From an uncultured delta proteobacterium (GTDB taxonomy: Bacteria; Myxococcota_A; Polyangia; Fen-1088): DNA of 64,000 nt. The position numbers were made by a program, and so were the translations under genes. The notes under the pieces were generated by a model. The model saw only the letters and a program-made list of their open reading frames with translations. It did not search any database and had not been told where the DNA came from. This document shows positions 50,873 to 60,571 of the stretch, piece after piece. Within the stretch, counting starts at the first letter, position 1, and the number at the start of each line of letters is the position of its first letter. Location of the stretch: contig CAVTRY010000012.1 in the NCBI GenBank assembly GCA_963737265.1, forward strand, positions 64,001 to 128,000, written 5' to 3'.

Positions 50873-51667
50873 ATGGACGGCGACAAGTCAGCCCCGCTGG
50901 TGTTGGTCGAACGCCAAGGCAGCGCGGTTTGGCTGACCTTGAATCGGCCGCGGGCAGCCAACGCCCTATCGCGCGCGCTGCTCGCGGCCCTGCGTGATGA
51001 GCTGGCCAAGCTGGCCGACCTGCCCGGTCTAACCGCCGTGGTTATCGCGGGTGCGGGCGACAAGGCCTTTTGCGCCGGCGCGGATTTGAAAGAGCGCCTC
51101 GCCATGACGCTGGCCGAGACGCACACCTTCCTCGACGATCTCGGCGCCTTCGCCCGCGCAATCCAGGCATTTGCGCGCCCCGTTGTCGCCGCAATTTCGG
51201 GGGCGGCCGTGGGTGGCGGCCTGGAAATCGCCCTCGCTTGCGATGTGCGCTTGGCCGCCGACAATGCCAGCATGGGCCTCGCCGAGGTTCGTCTTGGCAT
51301 CATTCCCGGCGCCGGCGGCACGCAGCGCCTGGCTCGCCTGTGCGGCATCGCGGTCGCCAAGGATCTCATCCTGACCGGCCGGCGCATCGACGCCGCGACC
51401 GCTTTGCAACTTGGGCTGGTTTCGCAGGTCGTGCCCGCCGCCGGTTTGAAAGCCGCAGTTGCCCGCGTGTGCAGCGACCTTGCCGCCGCCGGTCCGCTCG
51501 CCCTCGCCCAGGCCAAACGCGCCATCGACGACGGCTTCGGCAAGCCCATCGACGAAGCCTTGGCCATCGAGCGCGCCTGCTACGAAGTAGTGCTCGCCAG
51601 CGACGACCGCAACGAAGGCTTGCGCGCCTTCGCCGAGAAACGAGCCGCGAAGTATTCGGGCAGGTAG
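50873..51667 (+). CDS. Enoyl-CoA hydratase / methylglutaconyl-CoA hydratase-like
   Basis: AFCAGADLKER, GGGLE, PGAGGTQRL. Confidence 0.95.
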   Translation: MDGDKSAPLVLVERQGSAVWLTLNRPRAANALSRALLAALRDELAKLADLPGLTAVVIAGAGDKAFCAGADLKERLAMTLAETHTFLDDLGAFARAIQAFARPVVAAISGAAVGGGLEIALACDVRLAADNASMGLAEVRLGIIPGAGGTQRLARLCGIAVAKDLILTGRRIDAATALQLGLVSQVVPAAGLKAAVARVCSDLAAAGPLALAQAKRAIDDGFGKPIDEALAIERACYEVVLASDDRNEGLRAFAEKRAAKYSGR

Positions 51668-51709
51668 GTGCAACCGCCACGACGGCGAAAGTGCGCGTAC
51701 AATTTCCCT

Positions 51710-52567
51710 GTGACGGCGCCTGCTCGCATTTGTCCCTCTTGCGGCGGACCTGTCCGCAGCGCCACGGGTTGCCCGACCTGCCGGCGTGAGGGGAGCGGCT
51801 CGAGACGCCCCGAAACGACCTGGGATCTGCCGGCGCGCGAAGCCGCCCTCGAACACCGGCTGCGCTTGCTCGCCTTTCCGGTAGCCCTGGCGCTCGCCTG
51901 GGCCGTGGCGCACGCAGGAGCTCTGCACGTTCTCCAGCGCATCGTCTTTAGTATGTGGATGCACGAAACAGGCCACGCGGTGGCGGCGTGGCTGTGCGGC
52001 CGATTTGCTTTTCCCGGTCCCTGGTTCACGCCGGTGGCGGAGAGTCGCTCATGGTGGGTCGCGCTCCTCGTCGCCTCGGCCATTGTTGCGGGCGCGATTC
52101 GCCTGCGCCGAGATCGGCGTGCGCTTGCCCTCGCTGTTGTCGGGCTCTTGCCCATCCAGGCGTTGTGCAGCTTCGCCCTGTCGGAACGGGCCGCGCGCTC
52201 GTTCATTCTGTGGAGCGGCGACGGCGGCTGTATGATCCTCGGCGCCCTGCTCATGCTGACCTTTTATGCGCGCCCGGACAGCACGATCCGCACCGGCTGG
52301 CTGCGCTGGGGCTTTCTCGTCATCGGTGCCTCGGCCTTTGCCGACGGGCTCGCGACGTGGTGGACCGCGCGCGGCGACCGCGACGCCATCCCCTTTGGCG
52401 AGAACGAAGGTCGCTGCCTCTCCGACCCGACCGTACTGGTCTTCCAACAAGGCTGGACCATCCCGGGCTTGGTCGACGGCTACGTGTTACTCGGCGCGGC
52501 CTGCCTGATCGTGCTCGCCGCCTGCTACGGCCTCGGACTGCGACGAGCAGACGGCGACCGGCAATAG
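51710..52567 (+). CDS. Membrane protein, possible M50B-like metalloprotease
   Basis: N-terminal CxxC..CxxC, HETGH, several TMs. Confidence 0.65.
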   Translation: MTAPARICPSCGGPVRSATGCPTCRREGSGSRRPETTWDLPAREAALEHRLRLLAFPVALALAWAVAHAGALHVLQRIVFSMWMHETGHAVAAWLCGRFAFPGPWFTPVAESRSWWVALLVASAIVAGAIRLRRDRRALALAVVGLLPIQALCSFALSERAARSFILWSGDGGCMILGALLMLTFYARPDSTIRTGWLRWGFLVIGASAFADGLATWWTARGDRDAIPFGENEGRCLSDPTVLVFQQGWTIPGLVDGYVLLGAACLIVLAACYGLGLRRADGDRQ

Positions 52568-52591
52568 ACGCGGGTCAGTGGCGACCCATCC

Positions 52592-53746
52592 TCAAAGTGG
52601 AGTGGGCGACTGATACAACTGAAGGATCTCGTCCGCCCCGAGGGCGCGCGTCCAGATTGCGACCTCGTCGATCTCGCCGGCGAACTCCTGGGCGGGTCCG
52701 GCGAGAGGTAGGCAGCCGAGGTAGAGTGGTGACGGGGATAGCGGGACCAATTCGGCGGATTCGCTAAACTCGCCATCCACGGCGCCGTCGACATAAAGGC
52801 GGACGCGCTGGCCCGCTGGCAGCCCGCCATCGAAGACCACCGCAACATGGTACCAACGGTTGGTGGCAAAGGTCCGTTGGCCGTGAAAACGATCCGTGCC
52901 GACATCGGCCCATAAGTAAAAGTCCGCGCCGCCATCGGTCCACAGGAACATGCTGTACGAGCTGTCGACCATGTAGTTGGTTCGCTTGGCGATGATCCCG
53001 TTGGAAGCGGGATCGAGAGCGGTGGGGAAGATCCACGCCGCCAATGTAAGCTGTGTCGTGGGACGCAAGCTGGGATCGTCGGGAATCTGGACACAGCCGT
53101 TTCTGTCGTCGAAGGATCCCGCGCGTCCGAAGTAGCCATGCGCCGTTGTGTTGGGCAAGAGGTCGGACGAATCGGTTCCCTTGACCGCCGTTCCGTTGTT
53201 GTACCCACAGCTGTCGATGACTTCGCCGGAAACGCCACTCCAGGAGGCTTCGTCCATGTGCATAACGAGCCCGCATCCAGAAAGGAGTCGACTCTCGGCC
53301 GCGCCGCCTGTGCCGGCACCGCCCGTCCCGCCCCCGCCCGTCGCCGCAATTCCACCGGTCGCCGCGATATCGTCCGGCGCCGCGATTCCGTCCGGCGCCG
53401 CGATTCCGTCCGGCGCCGCGATTCCACCCATCGCCGCGGTCCCGCCCATCGCCGCGGTTCCGCCTGACGCCGCCGTTCCGCCTGACGCCGCGATATCGTC
53501 CGGCGCCGCGATATCGTCCGGCGCCGCGATATCGTCCGGCGCCGCGATTCCGCCGGTGGCTGAAACGCCTCCGGCGCCCGTGGCGCCGTCGTCCGTCCCA
53601 TCTTCTCCGTCGCTACTGCTGATGGCTCCGCCGTTGGCCGACGCGCCACCCATTGCCACCCCTCGGTTGGTACCCGTGCGGGCATTGCAAGCCAGCCCCG
53701 AGGCCAAGAAAAGGGCGGCTAGCAAGACTGTCGAACGGGCCAACAT
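52592..53746 (-). CDS. LamG/ConA-domain lipoprotein with an 18-bp repeat linker (about 53350-53560)
   Basis: WYHVAVVFDG, LYVDG, GEIDEVAIWTRAL. Confidence 0.88.
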   Translation of the reverse strand: MLARSTVLLAALFLASGLACNARTGTNRGVAMGGASANGGAISSSDGEDGTDDGATGAGGVSATGGIAAPDDIAAPDDIAAPDDIAASGGTAASGGTAAMGGTAAMGGIAAPDGIAAPDGIAAPDDIAATGGIAATGGGGTGGAGTGGAAESRLLSGCGLVMHMDEASWSGVSGEVIDSCGYNNGTAVKGTDSSDLLPNTTAHGYFGRAGSFDDRNGCVQIPDDPSLRPTTQLTLAAWIFPTALDPASNGIIAKRTNYMVDSSYSMFLWTDGGADFYLWADVGTDRFHGQRTFATNRWYHVAVVFDGGLPAGQRVRLYVDGAVDGEFSESAELVPLSPSPLYLGCLPLAGPAQEFAGEIDEVAIWTRALGADEILQLYQSPTPL

Positions 53747-53808
53747 TTAGACGGGCTCAGTCAGCTGCCCATAAAGATAACATCTATTGCCAGGTGGTGA
53801 GGCGATTT

Positions 53809-54387
53809 GGGTGCCTCCCTGAAACGGGGGCCCCAGCCGGGGGCTCGGTGAGGTAGCAACTTCTGGCGGAGTGCCGCCGAAAACGCAGATATGGAACAGC
53901 GAGGAACGGAGAAACAGAGACAGGATGACTTTACTGGGCAAATTATCGCCGCCTGCATCGAAGTCCACCGTCACCTCGGTCCCGGGCTGCTTGAGTCGGC
54001 CTACGAGCACTGCCTGGCGCGCGAGCTAGGCCTGCGTGGATTTCGCACGCAACGTCAGGTCGCGATTCCTCTGCAGTACAAAGGCATTGACCTCGACTGC
54101 GGCTATCGCCTCGACCTCATGGTGGAAGGCCGTTTGGTCGTCGAAGTCAAGGCGGTAGAGCAGTTGCTTCCTGTCCACTTGGCACAGGTCATTACCTATC
54201 TCAAGCTCCTACGACTGCCGGTGGGCCTGCTCGTCAATTTCCACGTCCCCGTACTTCGCGAGGGTCTCCGCCGCCTCGTCAACCCAACCCGTGATCCCTC
54301 TGGTCCTCCGTTCCTCCCTGTTTTTCCCTCCGATCCCACCTGCGCGGGGCGAGGTGAAGCCCCAGCCCCCATTTCAGGGAAGCACCC
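53809..54387 (+). mobile_element. 579-bp TIR-bounded element carrying a GxxExxY gene
   Basis: 23-bp TIR GGGTGCYTCCCTGAAAYGGGGGC (21/23 match); 9-bp TSD AGGCGATTT at 53800-53808 and 54388-54396. Confidence 0.85.
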
Positions 54388-54403
54388 AGGCGATTTCACG
54401 TAG
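53891..54403 (+). CDS. GxxExxY family PD-(D/E)XK-like protein
   Basis: LGPGLLESAY, YRLDLMVE, VEVKA, GLLVNF. Confidence 0.95.
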   Translation: MEQRGTEKQRQDDFTGQIIAACIEVHRHLGPGLLESAYEHCLARELGLRGFRTQRQVAIPLQYKGIDLDCGYRLDLMVEGRLVVEVKAVEQLLPVHLAQVITYLKLLRLPVGLLVNFHVPVLREGLRRLVNPTRDPSGPPFLPVFPSDPTCAGRGEAPAPISGKHPGDFT

Positions 54404-54416
54404 CGTCTACCACGGT

Positions 54417-55638
54417 TTAGGTGGAATCTTCGTCACCGAGGAACAGCGTCTGGACCTCGCCGAGGAGCGCAAGCACCTCGTCGGCTACGATTTCCAGCCC
54501 ACCGGGTCTGAGCCCGACCCGTTCCCAGGCGTCGGGAGAGATGCGCGATAGGCGCAGCTCGCCGTTCGAGCCGAGATCCAGCGACTGGACCAAGAGATCC
54601 GCCAGGTGAATGACGGCGGTCGCCGGCGTGTGGCCGCGCGGTCCCGCCGAATGGTGGTTGGCCGTGGCATCGCGAAAGAAGGGCGGCAGCGTCCACGACG
54701 CCATGAGGGCGGCGCCAACCGCTGCGTGGTCGCAACCAAATATCGCACGCTCGGCCTCCTCAAGTGGCTTGTCGCCGTCGCGATGCCGTTCGAGCGCAAG
54801 CTGCGACCTCTCAGGTAGCATTTGGTACATGGCCAGACTGCCGATATCGTGCAGCAGTCCCGCCACGAAAAACCGTTCGGCGTTGGGCTCGCGACGCAGA
54901 CGCGCGATGGAGCGCGCGGCGATGCTACAGGCCAGGCTGTGCTTCCAGAACGACTTCATGCTGACGAGCTGCGAGTCGATACCTTTGAAATGGGACAGGA
55001 CCACCGTGGCCAAGACCAGATCGTGAAGCTGGCGCGTGCCGATGATACGAACGGCGTCTTCGATTCCCTCCACCCGGCGTGAAAACCCGTAGAAGGCGCT
55101 GTTGGCAATGCGAAGCAGGCGGGCGCACAATGCTTGGTCGTAGCTCAGGATGGTTCCGATGGCGGCGCTGGAGCTGGCGGGGTGGTTAATGGCCTTGTCG
55201 ACGTGGAAGTAGATGTTGGGCAGCGAAGCCAAGGTGCCCACGCGGGCAACGATGGTTTCCGGATTGATGGGTGGGCCGAGCGGATTGCGCGCTGGCAGTG
55301 CCTTCCCCACGGGCGGGCAAGCGGGCCCACAAGCTGGCGCGGTCTTGCCCGGGTACTTGCTTGGATCGGCCCGGGGCGCGCGCCGTTGCGCCACCGAGAC
55401 CAGCTCGCCGAGCACAGGATTGGCGATATCATTGGTGCCGAAAAACCGCAGGAACTCGCTCGAACGGCGCGTTGGATTGGGGCAGCTCGCCGGCCGCTGG
55501 TGACGGAGCCAGGGATGGTTCCGGCGCGGCGGCTTGAGGAGTCGGCAAAGGCATGAGAATTCCCTGGCTCCGTTCATCGACAGAAAAGGCCCATAACTTG
55601 ATAGAGGAACTCTGGGGTATCCTTTTGCTCTTCGTCAT
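54417..55638 (-). CDS. HDOD-domain protein (frameshift near 55460)
   Basis: LLRIANSAFYG, FWKHS, GLLHDIG; ATGA overlap with argD. Confidence 0.85.
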
Positions 55639-56809
55639 GGACAAACCCCTCGCATGGCCGCGTCGAGCGTGCCGAGCATCGAGGTGATCTCGTCGGCCGC
55701 CACCCGCAACGACGGCATCAGCCGCAGCACGCGCGGGCGTGCGGCATTGACGATGAGGCCGCCTTCAAAGCAGGCATCGCGCACGGCTTCGGCGCGGGCA
55801 GCGGGCAGCTCGATGGCCCACAGCAGGCCGCGGCCGCGCGCGGATCCACCATACCGTGCGGCCAGAGCGCGCAAGCCGCGTTCGAGAAGCGCGCCGCGCG
55901 CCCGCACGGTGGCCAAGAATTCGGGCCGCGCGATCTCCGCGACGACGGCGTTGCCGACCGCGGTCATCAGAGGATTGCCGTGGTACGTGCCTCCTTGGTC
56001 GCCCGGCAGCAAAACAGTCGGCGCGCTCGTTGGCCAGCACCGCCGACAGAGGGAACGCCGCCGCCCAAGCCCTTGCCCAGGGTCAGGATATCGGGGCGAA
56101 CGCCCTCATGCTCGAAGGCGAAGAGGGTTCCCATGCGGCCAAGGCCGGTCTGCACTTCGTCGAACACCAGCAGCAAGCCGAATTCATCGGCGATCTGCCG
56201 CAGCCCGCGCAGGTAGCCATCCGGCGGGACGATCACGCCGGCTTCGCCCTGGATGGGCTCGACCATGATCGCCGCGGTCTTCGGCTGCCGAACATGACGC
56301 CGGACCGCCGCGAGATCGCCGAACGGCACCCGGCGAAAACCCGGCATGTTGGGCGGAAACAGCTCGTCCCAGCCCGGCTTCCCGCTCGCCGCCATGGCCG
56401 CCAGCGTACGTCCGTGAAAGGCTTGCTCGGCCGTGACGATTTCGTACGCGCCTTGGCGGTGCAGTCGCCCCCACTTGCGCACCAGCTTGATCGCGCCTTC
56501 ATTCGCCTCCGCGCCGCTGTTGCAGAAGCCGACGCGATGAAGACCAGAAAGCGCAACCAGTCGTTCCGCCAATTCAATCTGCGGGGCATTGTGAAGTGCG
56601 GGGCTGGCGCTGATGAGCAAGGACGCCTGCTGGGCCAGCGCGCGAGCCATCTCCGGCGCGGCGTGACCCAGGGCATTGACGGCCCAGCCTTGAATGAAAT
56701 CGAGGTAGCGGCGGCCGTGGTCGTCCCACAGGTACGAGCCTTGGCCGCGCACCATGACCCGATTAGGGCGGGTGGTGACGGTCATCAGGGACTGGGATCG
56801 CTCTAGCAT
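55635..56809 (-). CDS. argD: Acetylornithine aminotransferase (frameshift near 56050)
   Basis: NSGAEANE, FHGRT, EPIQGE, DEVQTG, GKGLGGG, GGTYHGNPL. Confidence 0.9.
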
Positions 56810-56850
56810 CGGTCGGTCTCCTTTCGGGCGACCGATGCGAGGATGAACGC

Positions 56851-56881
56851 AAGCAGCCGCCCTTGGTCGGGGGGGCTGCTT
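56851..56881 (-). terminator. Leader hairpin (putative attenuator 3:4)
   Basis: AAGCAGCC...GGCTGCTT followed by a weak U tract, between the uORF and the argD RBS. Confidence 0.6.
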
Positions 56882-56891
56882 GGTTTCGCGT

Positions 56892-56972
56892 CTAGTTCGC
56901 GCGCGTCCCGCAACCGCCACCGTTGGTAGCGGCGGCGCGACGGCTTTGCTTGGCGGCGCGAGAACGGAACAT
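56892..56972 (-). CDS. Putative leader peptide MFRSRAAKQSRRAAATNGGGCGTRAN
   Basis: Starts 6-9 nt after an extended -10 (TGcTACCAT); 5 Arg codons; followed by the hairpin and argD. Confidence 0.6.
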   Translation of the reverse strand: MFRSRAAKQSRRAAATNGGGCGTRAN

Positions 56973-57065
56973 CACCAGGTCATGGTAGCAAAAAGCCGGG
57001 ACGAAGCAATGGCTAGCTCGCGCTCCGCTCTGGCGCGAACGTCCGCGCGTCGTTAGTATCGCCGT

Positions 57066-57491
57066 ATGTCGACCGCGAAGCTGGCCCTTGAAATCTTCGA
57101 TACCGGCATGAGCTGCGCCGAGGCCGTGGCCGCCGCCGGGATGAAGCGCTTGGGACGGGAGAATGACCTCATCCCGCGCATTGCCACTGGGTTCGGCGGC
57201 GGGCTCAGCCGAACCCAGTCGGTGTGCGGGGCGCTGACCGGCGGCGTGCTGGTGCTCGGCGCAGCCTTCGGTCGCGACAAGCTGGGGGATGACCGCAATG
57301 TCCTCGTGACCAAGGTGCAGGCGCTGACAGACGGCTTCCGCGCGCGTTTCGGCAGCGACAACTGTTTTGCCCTGACCGGCTTGGACTTCAACGACCCGGC
57401 CGCGCAGGTCACCTACCGCCAGCGCGTTCACGCGCAGTGCCGAGGCTACGTGGAATACATTTGCGAGCGGCTCAACGAGCTGTTGGGATAG
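57066..57491 (+). CDS. C_GCAxxG_C_C-family protein
   Basis: SCAEAV, GFGGG, CGALTGG, C...C. Confidence 0.9.
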   Translation: MSTAKLALEIFDTGMSCAEAVAAAGMKRLGRENDLIPRIATGFGGGLSRTQSVCGALTGGVLVLGAAFGRDKLGDDRNVLVTKVQALTDGFRARFGSDNCFALTGLDFNDPAAQVTYRQRVHAQCRGYVEYICERLNELLG

Positions 57492-57589
57492 GTCGCCGTC
57501 CTGATTATTAACGGTGTTCGGCCGGCGCCGATTCGTGTTGGCGCGAAGACGCTCGCCAGGTATCTAACCAGCTTCGAACGATCGTGCAT

Positions 57590-58792
57590 ATGGAAAGCGC
57601 CGTCTCCACCGTTGGGCCAATGGTCGTCGGGATTCCCGTCGCGTTCCTGCTCTTTGGCGCCGTTCTGGTGGGCGTCATGGTGCTGCACCGGCGGGCGCTT
57701 GAGGTTGCGCTGGTCGGCTTGGCGCTTATCGTTGCCCTGCGCCTCGGCTTCTCGCGCTTCGACCCTGTCGCCCACCTGGCCCGGGAATGGGCGAAGCTTG
57801 TCAACCTCTTCGGCTTACTGGTGGGCTTCGCCCTGCTCGCCGACCACGTCGAGGCGTCGCACCTGACCGGCCTGCTTCCGCGCGTCCTTCCACGCGGAGC
57901 GCGCGGCTGCTTCACCTTGCTCGTTCTCGTGTGGCTGCTCTCCGGCGTGCTCAACAACATCGCCGCCGCGCTGGTAGGCGCGACCATCGCGGCCGGCCTA
58001 TTCGAGCGGCGGGTTCATCTCGGCTACCTCGCCGCGATCGTCGCCGCTGCCAACGCTGGCGGAGCCGGTAGCGTTCTTGGCGACACCACGACGACGATTA
58101 TGTGGATCGACGGCACGAGCCCGCTCGCGCTGTTGCCGGCGTATATCGGGTCGGCCAGCGCTCTGGCGGTCTTCGGCACGCTGGCTTCGGCGCAACAGGC
58201 GAAGCATGCCGCTGCAATCGTCCGTGCTCCTGGGCACCTTCCCATCGACGGCAAGCGCGTCGCTATCGTCGTAGCGGCTTTGATGGCGGCGGTGGCAACG
58301 AATGTCGCCGCTACCGCTCTCTTGAAATCGCGGGCTGAGAGCTTTCCATTTCTCGCGGTCTCATTGTGGTTGGTATTGCTGGCTGGAATGACGTTGTGTC
58401 CGCTCAATTGGAAGCTTGTGCCGCGCGCAATTCGCGGCAGCGTGTTCCTCTCGGCGCTCGTCTTGTCCGCGTCGCTGATGCCGATCGAGACCTTGCCCAA
58501 GGCGACCGCGACAACTACGCTCGCCCTGGGCTTGATTTCCGCTATCTTCGACAACATCCCGCTCACCAAGCTAGCCCTGGCCCAGGGCGGATACGATGCC
58601 GCGCTGCTCGCCTATTCGGTGGGTTTGGGCGGATCCATGGTGTGGTTCGGCTCCTCGGCGGGCGTAGCCGTTTCCGCTCTCTTTCCGAAATCCAAGTCGA
58701 TCGTAAAATGGCTCCGCCACGGCTGGCATATACCGCTCGGCTTCGCGGTCGGCTATCTCGTGTTGGTCGGGTTCCACGGCTGGAAGCCGTGA
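57590..58792 (+). CDS. Citrate transporter / NhaD-like permease
   Basis: NAGGAGSVLGDTTT, DNIPL, GGSMVWFGSSAGVA. Confidence 0.85.
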   Translation: MESAVSTVGPMVVGIPVAFLLFGAVLVGVMVLHRRALEVALVGLALIVALRLGFSRFDPVAHLAREWAKLVNLFGLLVGFALLADHVEASHLTGLLPRVLPRGARGCFTLLVLVWLLSGVLNNIAAALVGATIAAGLFERRVHLGYLAAIVAAANAGGAGSVLGDTTTTIMWIDGTSPLALLPAYIGSASALAVFGTLASAQQAKHAAAIVRAPGHLPIDGKRVAIVVAALMAAVATNVAATALLKSRAESFPFLAVSLWLVLLAGMTLCPLNWKLVPRAIRGSVFLSALVLSASLMPIETLPKATATTTLALGLISAIFDNIPLTKLALAQGGYDAALLAYSVGLGGSMVWFGSSAGVAVSALFPKSKSIVKWLRHGWHIPLGFAVGYLVLVGFHGWKP

Positions 58793-58802
58793 CCCGGCCG
58801 AT

Positions 58803-60020
58803 TCAACAGGGCGTCTCGCGATTCGACAGGAATAGAAGCAGCAACAGCGCCGGCGCCGCCATCGCCATGGTGGTGGCGAAAAAGATCGGCCAGCCCGCGG
58901 CGATGATGAGGTAGCCGGAGCCCGCGCCGAGAGTGCGCCCGACCAGCGTGGATGCGCTCGACAGCAACGCGAACTGAGTGGCGGAGAAGGACTTGTTACA
59001 CAGGGACATGAGGAACGCCATGAACGCGGCCTCGGCCATGCCGCTGCACAGATTGTGGATACCAATGGCAAGGGCCAGCAAGGCGTGGTTCTTTCCCACG
59101 AGAGCGAGAGCGAAATAGCCGCTGTTGGTGGCGGAGGCGAGAACGCCGAAGAGCAAGAGCGACTTGCGCACGCCGAGCTTGGCCACCATGCCGCCGCCAA
59201 GCAGAACGCCGACGGTCATGGCGGCGAAACCAACTGCTTTGTACCAGGCGGCGATTTCGGCGCCGGAGAAGCCGGTCTTGATGAGAAAAGGTTGGATCAT
59301 GCCGGATGCAACGTAGTCGCCCAGCTTGTAAAGCATGACGAAGGCGATGGCGCCGAGCGCGCCCGCGCGCGCGAAGAAATCGAGGAAGGGTTTGATAAAG
59401 GCGTCGGCCAGGGTGCGCGGCGGGCGCACGGCCTCGGGTTCGGGCGCGCGCCAGGTGATGACGATCATGGGCAACATCAGCAGAGCGATGATTTTGAAAA
59501 CGGTCGGCCACGACAGAACGTCCGATAACGCCAACGCCCCTGCCCCCGAGACCAGCATGGCGATGCGGTAGCCGAGCACGAAGGTCGAGGTTCCCGAGGC
59601 GCGCTCGGAAGCGGGCAGGACATCGGTGCGGTAGGCGTCGCTGACCACGTCTTGGCTGGCGGAGAGACACGCGACGATGAGCGCGGCAGCCGCCATGGCC
59701 ACGGGCGCGGAGCGAGGATCCACGGTGCTCATACCGAAGATGGCGACGGCCAAACCAAGTTGCGCGAGCGCGATCCAGCCGCGCCGGCGGCCGAGGAAAG
59801 GCAAGCTGAAGCGGTCGAGCACCGGCGCCCAAAAGACCTTGAGCGAATAGGGCAAGCTGACCAGCGCGAAGAGGCCGATGGTCTTGAGGTTGACGCCCGC
59901 CTTAGTCATCCACGTGCCGAGGGTGGAACCCGACGTGGCGAGCGGCAGGCCAGACGCGAACCCCATGCCGATGAGCATGCCGACCCGCTTGCTGCGGAAT
60001 GCACCAAGAAACGTCCCCAT
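58803..60020 (-). CDS. ampG: AmpG muropeptide permease
   Basis: GFASGLP, KVFWAPVLD, SASQD, ATQFALL. Confidence 0.92.
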   Translation of the reverse strand: MGTFLGAFRSKRVGMLIGMGFASGLPLATSGSTLGTWMTKAGVNLKTIGLFALVSLPYSLKVFWAPVLDRFSLPFLGRRRGWIALAQLGLAVAIFGMSTVDPRSAPVAMAAAALIVACLSASQDVVSDAYRTDVLPASERASGTSTFVLGYRIAMLVSGAGALALSDVLSWPTVFKIIALLMLPMIVITWRAPEPEAVRPPRTLADAFIKPFLDFFARAGALGAIAFVMLYKLGDYVASGMIQPFLIKTGFSGAEIAAWYKAVGFAAMTVGVLLGGGMVAKLGVRKSLLLFGVLASATNSGYFALALVGKNHALLALAIGIHNLCSGMAEAAFMAFLMSLCNKSFSATQFALLSSASTLVGRTLGAGSGYLIIAAGWPIFFATTMAMAAPALLLLLFLSNRETPC

Positions 60021-60165
60021 GAATTCACCTTCTCTTGCTTGAGCCAGGCGCGCCAGTTTTCGTGTGGGGGCGGTTTTGCACGCAGGCGCGGGGCGGAATG
60101 GTCGACTGCCGCCGCGGGCGAACGGGCAAAGGGCTGGATTGCTGGCCTTTGTGGCGCGCGCCTCT

Positions 60166-60181
60166 TGGCACGCCCGCTGCA
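60166..60181 (+). promoter_or_regulatory. Sigma54 promoter
   Basis: TGGCAC-GCCCG-CTGCA upstream of the gene at 60226. Confidence 0.7.
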
Positions 60182-60225
60182 CATTGCTGATGCGAGACCC
60201 GCAACACCCAAAAGGAGAAGCCGCC

Positions 60226-60453
60226 ATGTTGAAGAACATCCTCATCGCCCTCGGAATCGCCGCCATCACCAGCAGCTCTGCGTTTGCCGCCGCCAAGGCG
60301 CCCGCGCCCAAGGCCGTCCATGCCACGCACAAAGTCGCGCAGGCCGGCGAGGCGAAGCCCGACGAAGGCAAGGCCAAGGCCGACAAGAAGGACAAGAAGG
60401 TCAAGAAAGACAAGAAGGGCGCCGAGAAGACCGCCGAGCCCGCGAAGAAGTAG
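60226..60453 (+). CDS. Small secreted Lys/Ala-rich protein
   Basis: RBS AAGGAG, signal peptide ending AFA. Confidence 0.8.
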   Translation: MLKNILIALGIAAITSSSAFAAAKAPAPKAVHATHKVAQAGEAKPDEGKAKADKKDKKVKKDKKGAEKTAEPAKK

Positions 60454-60571
60454 TTTCCCGCGCAAGCAGCAGCGCGAGATGAGAGCCTTCACGGAGGCCA
60501 GGAAAGGAGCGCCTGGCTTCCGTGTTTCCGTGAGCGAGCAACTTCTTCGCCGGGTTTGCCGACAAACAGGC

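Noticed and set aside
53350-53560. 18-bp repeats as a CRISPR array
   Set aside because: Contiguous in-frame coding repeats in a linker, with no spacers and no cas genes.
4630-56060. Single-base frameshifts in the kinase (about 4640), hydrolase (about 26975), GGDEF (about 49640), HDOD (about 55460) and argD (about 56050) as programmed frameshifts or phase variation
   Set aside because: No slippery heptamers or long tracts, and the genes are otherwise intact; sequencing or consensus indels are more likely. Needs read inspection.
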